Positions 56,918 through 64,000 of a stretch of 64,000 nt of DNA are shown here, one piece after another. Under the pieces are notes generated by a model. The model saw only the letters and a list, made by a program, of their open reading frames with translations, was not told the origin of the DNA and ran no database searches. Position 1 is the stretch's first letter. Every line of letters starts with the position of its first letter. Source of the stretch: Eledone cirrhosa (lineage: Eukaryota); NCBI GenBank assembly GCA_964016885.1, contig OZ024741.1, positions 117,304,001 through 117,368,000 on the forward strand, read 5' to 3'. The position numbers were made by a program, and so were the translations under genes.

Positions 56918-57122
56918 CAATGAGTTATATGGTTTGTTAATTATTATTCAACAGAGTTAATTTTTATGCGTTAAGGTATGTCAATATCTTAACACCAAAT
57001 ACTATAAGTTAGTGTCCTTGAAATACGTATAATAAAATAAAAATGGTATTATAAAGATATTTTCCATTTATTAATGTTGTTAATATATATATATGTATAT
57101 ATATATATTATATATATTGGTA

Positions 57123-57203
<81 letters not shown>

Positions 57204-57290
57204 AGATATGTATATACATATATATAGCTATATATGCATTTATATATGTGTGTGTATACATGTATATATGTGTATACATGTGTATATTTG

Positions 57291-57382
<92 letters not shown>

Positions 57383-57557
57383 AGTGTGTGTATATACTGT
57401 GTATATGCATATTTATATATGTATATATGTGTATATGTGTGCGTATATATATACTGTGTATATATATATGTGTGTGTGTGTGTATATGTGTATATATTTG
57501 TATATATATATATATATGTGTATATGTGTGTGTATATACGTGTGTGTATACATCATT

Positions 57558-57617
<60 letters not shown>

Positions 57618-58499
57618 CACAGGGGGGCTAAATAAAGGGGTTCCTACATGGGAAGGGATAAGGGTTAACATCTCCATACACCAGTCATTTCTCTTACACA
57701 TACACCCCTCTCTCTCGTTATATATATATATATATCATACACATACACACACACACATACACACACACACACACATATATATACATATATATATGTATTG
57801 AAATGTAACCAGATGTTATTGTAAGGAAGCAGGGAAGACTGACAAATATTTATATATATTTATTTTTTATTCCTATAGTTGTTGCTGTTACTGTTGTTTC
57901 TGTAGTTGTGAATGTTGTTGTTAATAGTTATTTTTGTTGTTGTAACTGTTACTGTTGTTAATTCTAACGTTATTGTTGCTGTTGTCATAGTTGTTGTAAA
58001 TGTTAGAGTTATTGCTGTTACTGTTGTAGCTCCCTGTGTAGGGTTTACAAGATTCAAAGCAACAGAAAAATTAGGGTTGGTGGTAGTGGGAGGTGGTGTT
58101 GTGCATAGATGACGTTGGTGATGGTGTTGATGTGGTGTTGTGGTGGGAGTGGGGAGAGATGGTCGTTGTGGTGGTAGTTTCTGAAGGGCTGGGGTGATTG
58201 TAGTAGCGGTGATGGTTTTGCTGGTACTGGGAGAGAGATGGTCATGGTGGTAGTTGTAGTAGTGCTGAAATGGTGGTGATGGCAGTGCTCGTGATGGTAG
58301 TAGTACTACTGGGGATGGTAGTGAGGGGTGATGCTGCTTATGGTGGTCGTTACGGTTGTGCTGAGATGGTGGTGGTCGTGATGGTGGTGGTGGTGGTGGT
58401 GCTTGTGCTGATGGTAATATTAGTGGTGGTTGTAGTACTGCTAGTGAGGATGGTGGTGGTGTTAGGGAGGAGTGGTGATGCTTGTAAGGGGTGATGGTG

Positions 58500-58690
58500 C
58501 TGTGGATTGGCAGTATCGGTAGAGGATCGGATGCCATGCTTTGACGCATAGAGTTACGGCCCTTGCCATTCTGAGTTCAAATCCCGCCGAGGTTAACTTT
58601 GCTTTTCATCCTTATGGGGTCGATAAAATAAAGTACCAGTAATGCACTGGGTATTTGCTGGCTTTGTGCCAAAAAGTAGAAACAATTATT
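58500..58690 (+). mobile_element. SINE family A, full length
   Basis: Matches family consensus. Confidence 0.9.
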
Positions 58691-59171
58691 AGTGGTGGTA
58701 TTGTTGGTTATGGTAGGGGTGCTGTTGTAGTAGGACTTGTGGTGATGATAATGTGCTGTAGCGATAGTAGGGGTGATGGTATTGATAGTAGTTTAGGTGA
58801 TGTTGGTGGTGGTTCTGATGGTAGTGGCAACGATGGCGCTGGTGGTTGTGATAGTGGGTGATAGTGATGGTGGGGATAGTGTTTGTGTTAGTAGTATTGG
58901 TTGGGAGTATTGTAGTGATAATAGTGAGGCTGCCGGTCCTTGTGGGTGTGTCAGGCTGTTGCGGTGCTAGTAATGATGTTGGAGGGGTATACATGTCTGT
59001 GGAATACTCAGCCACTTGCACATTAATTCAACGACTAGGAAGTTCAGTTATTCGAAGAACTGAACACTCATCTTCGAAATCAACGGAGATCCATTTACTT
59101 TTTTGTCTGTGTGAGTGTGTGTGTGTGTATTTGATAATGAATGTGGAGAGGTATGTGTCAATATGCATGTG

Positions 59172-62100
59172 TGTATGTATATAGTGTATGTATATAGTGT
59201 ATGTATACTGTGTATGTATATAGTGTATGTATATAGTGTATGTATACTGTGTATGTATATAGTGTATGTATATAGTGTATGTATATAGTGTATGTATACT
59301 GTGTATGTATATAGTGTATGTATATAGTGTATGTATATTGTGTATGTATATAGTGTATGTATATAGTGTATGTATATAGTGTATGCACATTGTGTATGTA
59401 TATTGTGTATGTATATTGTGTATGTATATTGTGTATGTATATTGTGTATGTATATAGTGTATGTATATTGTGTATGTATATAGTGTATGTATATAGTGTA
59501 TGCACATTGTGTATGTATATAGTGTATGTATATAGTGTATGTATATAGTGTATGTATATAGTGTATGTATATAGTGTATGTATATAGTGTATGCACATTG
59601 TGTATGTATATTGTGTATGTATACTGTGTATGTATATTGTGTAAGTATATAGTGTATGTATATAGTGTATGTATATTGTATGTATATTGTGTATGTATAT
59701 TGTGTATGTATATAGTGTATGTATATAGTGTATGTATATAGTGTATGTATATAGAGTATGTATATAGTGTATGTATATAGTGTATGTATATTGTGTATGT
59801 ATATAGTGTATGTATATTGTGTATGTATATTGTGTATGTATATAGTGTATGTATATAGTGTATGTATATAGTGTATGTATATATTGTATGTATATAGTGT
59901 ATGTATATAGTGTATGCACATTGTGTATGTATATTGTGTATGTATACTGTGTATGTATATTGTGTATGTATATAGTGTATGTATATAGTGTATGTATATT
60001 GTATGTATATTGTGTATGTATATTGTGTATGTATATAGTGTATGTATATAGTGTATGCACATTGTGTATGTATATTGTGTATGTATACTGTGTATGTATA
60101 TTGTGTATGTATATTGTGTATGTATATAGTGTATGTATATAGTGTATGTATACTGTGTATGTATATTGTGTATGTATATTGTGTATGTATATAGTGTATG
60201 TATATTGTGTATGTATATTGTGTATGTATATAGTGTATGTATATAGTGTATGTATATAGTGTATGCACATTGTGTATGTATATTGTGTATGTATACTGTG
60301 TATGTATATTGTGTATGTATATTGTGTATGTATATAGTGTATGTATATAGTGTATGTATATTGTATGTATATTGTGTATGTATATTGTGTATGTATATAG
60401 TGTATGTATATTGTGTATGTATATTGTGTATGTATATAGTGTATGTATATAGTGTATGTATATAGTGTATGCACATTGTGTATGTATATTGTGTATGTAT
60501 ACTGTGTATGTATATTGTGTATGTATATTGTGTATGTATATAGTGTATGTATATAGTGTATGTATACTGTGTATGTATATTGTGTATGTATATTGTGTAT
60601 GTATATAGTGTATGTATATAGTGTATGTATATAGTGTATGTATATAGTGTAAGTATATAGTGTATGTACATTGTGTATGTATATTGTGTATGTATATAGT
60701 GTATGTATATAGTGTATGTACATTGTGTATGTATATTGTGTATGTATATAGTGTATGTATATATTGTATGTATATTGTGTATGTATATAGTGTATGTATA
60801 TAATGTATGTATATTGAGTATGTATACTGTGTATGTATATTGTGTATGTATATAGTGTATGTATATAGTGTATGTATACTGTGTATGTATATTGTGTATG
60901 TATATTGTGTATGTATATAGTGTATGTATATAGTGTATGTATACAGTGTATGTATATAGTGTAAGTATATAGTGTATGTACATTGTGTATGTATATTGTG
61001 TATGTATATAGTGTATGTATATAGTGTATGTACATTGTGTATGTATATTGTGTATGTATATAGTGTATGTATATATTGTATGTATATTGTGTATGTATAT
61101 AGTGTATGTATATAATGTATGTATATTGAGTATGTATACTGTGTATGTATATTGTGTATGTATATAGTGTATGTATATAGTGTATGTATATAGTGTATGT
61201 ATTTAGTGTATGTATATAGTGTAAGTATATAGTGTATGTACATTGTGTATGTATATTGTGTATGTATATAGTGTATGTATATAGTGTATGTACATTGTGT
61301 ATGTATATTGTGTATGTATATAGTGTATGTATATAATGTATGTATATTGAGTATGTATACTGTGTATGTATATTGTGTATGTATATAGTGTATGTATATA
61401 GTGTATGTATATAGTGTATGTATATAGTGTATGTATATAGTGTAAGTATATAGTGTATGTACATTGTGTATGTATATTGTGTATGTATATAGTGTATGTA
61501 TATAGTGTATGTACATTGTGTATGTATATTGTGTATGTATATAGTGTATGTATATATTGTATGTATATTGTGTATGTATATAGTGTATGTATATAATGTA
61601 TGTATATTGAGTATGTATACTGTGTATGTATATTGTGTATGTATATAGTGTATGTATATAGTGTATGTATATTGTGTATGTATATTGTGTATGTATATAG
61701 TGTATGTATATAGTGTATGTATATAGTGTATGTATATTGTGTATGTATATAGTGTATGTATATAGTGTATGTATATTGTGTATGTATATAGTGTATGTAT
61801 ATTGTGTATGTATATAGTGTATGTATATAGTGTATGTATGTATATAGTGTATGTATATAGTGTATGTATATAGTGTATGTATATAGTGTATGTATATTGT
61901 GTATGTATATCGTGTATGTATATAGTGTATGTATATAGTGTATGTATATAGTGTATGTATATAGTGTATGTACATTGTGTATGTATATTGTGTATGTATA
62001 TAGTGTATGTATATAGTGTATGTATATTGTGTATGTATATTGTGTATGTATATAGTGTATGTATATAGTTTATGTATATAGTGTATGTATATAGTGTATG

Positions 62101-62506
62101 TATATAGTGTATGTATATTGTGTATGTATATTGTGTATGTATATAGTGTATGTATATTGTGTATGTATATAGTGTATGTATATTGTGTATGTATATAGTG
62201 TATGTATATTGTGTATGTATATTGTGTATGTATATAGTGTATGTATATAGTGTATGTATATAGTGTATGTATATAGTGTATGTATACTGTGTATGTATAT
62301 TGTGTATGTATATAGTGTATGTATATAGTGTATGTATATAGTGTATGTATATTGTGTATGTATATTGTGTATGTATATAGTGTATGTATATTGTGTATGT
62401 ATATTGTGTATGTATATAGTGTATGTATATAGTGTATGTATGTATATAGTGTATGTATGTATATAGTGTATGTATATAGTGTATATATATAGTGTATGTA
62501 TATAGT
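59172..62506 (+). repeat. 14-bp minisatellite (GTATGTATAT[A/T]GT)n, ~3.3 kb
   Basis: Continuous tandem array with variant units. Confidence 0.98.
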
Positions 62507-62584
62507 GAATAAATATAATGAGATATGTGTATGAGTATGGGGGGTGGCATTGTGGGCGAAGAGCAGACAAATAGAATGGGAGGT

Positions 62585-62764
62585 GAGAAAGACGGAATGA
62601 TGCGAGAGAGAGAGAGAGAGACGGAATGAGGTGAAGAGAGCGAGAGAGTGAGAGAGAGAGAGAAAGAAAGAGAAAGAGAGAGAGAGAGACGGAATGATGC
62701 GAGAGAGAGAGAGGGAATGAGGTGAAGAGAGAGAGAGAGAGAGACGGAATGAGGTGAAGAGAGC

Positions 62765-62838
<74 letters not shown>

Positions 62839-62970
62839 ACGCGAGAGTGAGAGAGCGAGAGAGGGAGAGAGTGAAAGAGAGAGGGAGAGAGGGAGAGACG
62901 GAATGAGGTGAAGAAAGAGAGAGAGAGACGGAATGAGGTGAAAAGAGAATAAGTGGGGGAGAAATGAGAG
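62585..62970 (+). repeat. (GA)n-rich repeat with recurring GACGGAATGAGGTGAAGA
   Basis: Direct reading. Confidence 0.85.
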
Positions 62971-63501
62971 AGTGTGAGAGAAGAAGATTCTTGAAGTGGA
63001 TGAGGCCAATAAAGAAATGATGTAATTAGACAGACGTTAGCAACAACATATATAGAGAGGGGGAGTAGAAAGAACGGAGAGAGAGAAAGAGAAGGTGGAG
63101 AGATAAAGAGAAAAGGAAAGACAGACATAGAGAAAGAGAGGAGGATGGAAATATGGTGTAAAGGACAGTGAACTGCAGAAATCAAACGCATTATATATAT
63201 GTATATGTGTGTGTGTGGGGGGGGGGGGGTGTGTGTGTGCAACGTGCAATTACTCAATTAGACAGACGGTAGTAAACGTGTGTTTATATGTGCAACCACC
63301 CTTGCACACATTCGTGCATAACTCACGCACAGGCACATGCAAAGATATATATATATATATATATACATACACACATACATATACAGTATATATATATATA
63401 TATATATATACACAGTATATATATATATACAGTATATATATATATATATATACATATATATATACAGTATATATATATATATATATACATATATATATAC
63501 A

Positions 63502-63533
<32 letters not shown>

Positions 63534-63602
63534 TTTTATATATATATATATATATATATGAAATGCTGTTCGCTTTTTGCTGCACTGTTTTCTATACCTT
63601 CC

Positions 63603-63693
<91 letters not shown>

Positions 63694-63743
63694 CTTTTAC
63701 TCTTTTACCTGTTCCAGCCATCTGGGTGAGGCCATGGTGGGGC

Positions 63744-63778
<35 letters not shown>

Positions 63779-64000
63779 TTTATATATATATATATATATA
63801 CAAAGCGCACCACACGCACCACACTCACACACAAACACCACATCACCACATCACCACATCACCTCATTCTATATGTAACAGGGTTTTCTGTCGAGCTAGA
63901 AATGGTATTAGTTAAGTCACGCAAGTGAAACCCAATCTGCTACCTTTCCATCCAAAGCAAAACATACCTTTCATTTTAAAAAAAGTGGGGCTGGGAGTCA

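Noticed and set aside
57860-58990. Pro/His/Thr-rich or Val-rich ORFs
   Set aside because: Low-complexity (GGT/GTT)n trinucleotide decay interrupted by a SINE
59028-63257. ORFs of up to 1283 aa on the minus strand
   Set aside because: Open in all three frames because they translate the 14-bp and (GA)n repeats

Overview
This is eukaryotic, AT-rich, microsatellite-saturated DNA with no credible host protein-coding gene. The SINE families and (TA)n/(CA)n density suggest an octopus or other cephalopod, which is an inference. Nearly all long ORFs in the track are translations of simple repeats. The window holds many tRNA-derived SINEs, decayed LINE fragments (RTE x2, an R4/Dong-type endonuclease, Penelope-like RT and GIY-YIG remnants), a non-autonomous Helitron, a Merlin DNA-transposon derivative with a 9-bp TSD, and three large tandem arrays (27-, 25- and 14-bp units). 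The main unannotated signal is a set of unrelated small non-coding elements sitting in or beside (TA)n or (CA)n tracts. They form fold-back inversions and/or circularly permuted partial tandem repeats with periods of about 330, 427 and 629 nt. They carry type I hammerhead ribozyme motifs (stem I-CUGANGA-stem II-GAAA-stem III-UH-stem I), most with a palindromic stem III. About 13 complete or near-complete motifs from roughly 8 sequence families were folded by eye, plus several remnants. This points to a diverse population of Penelope-dependent retrozyme-like elements. Folding was manual and no activity is demonstrated.
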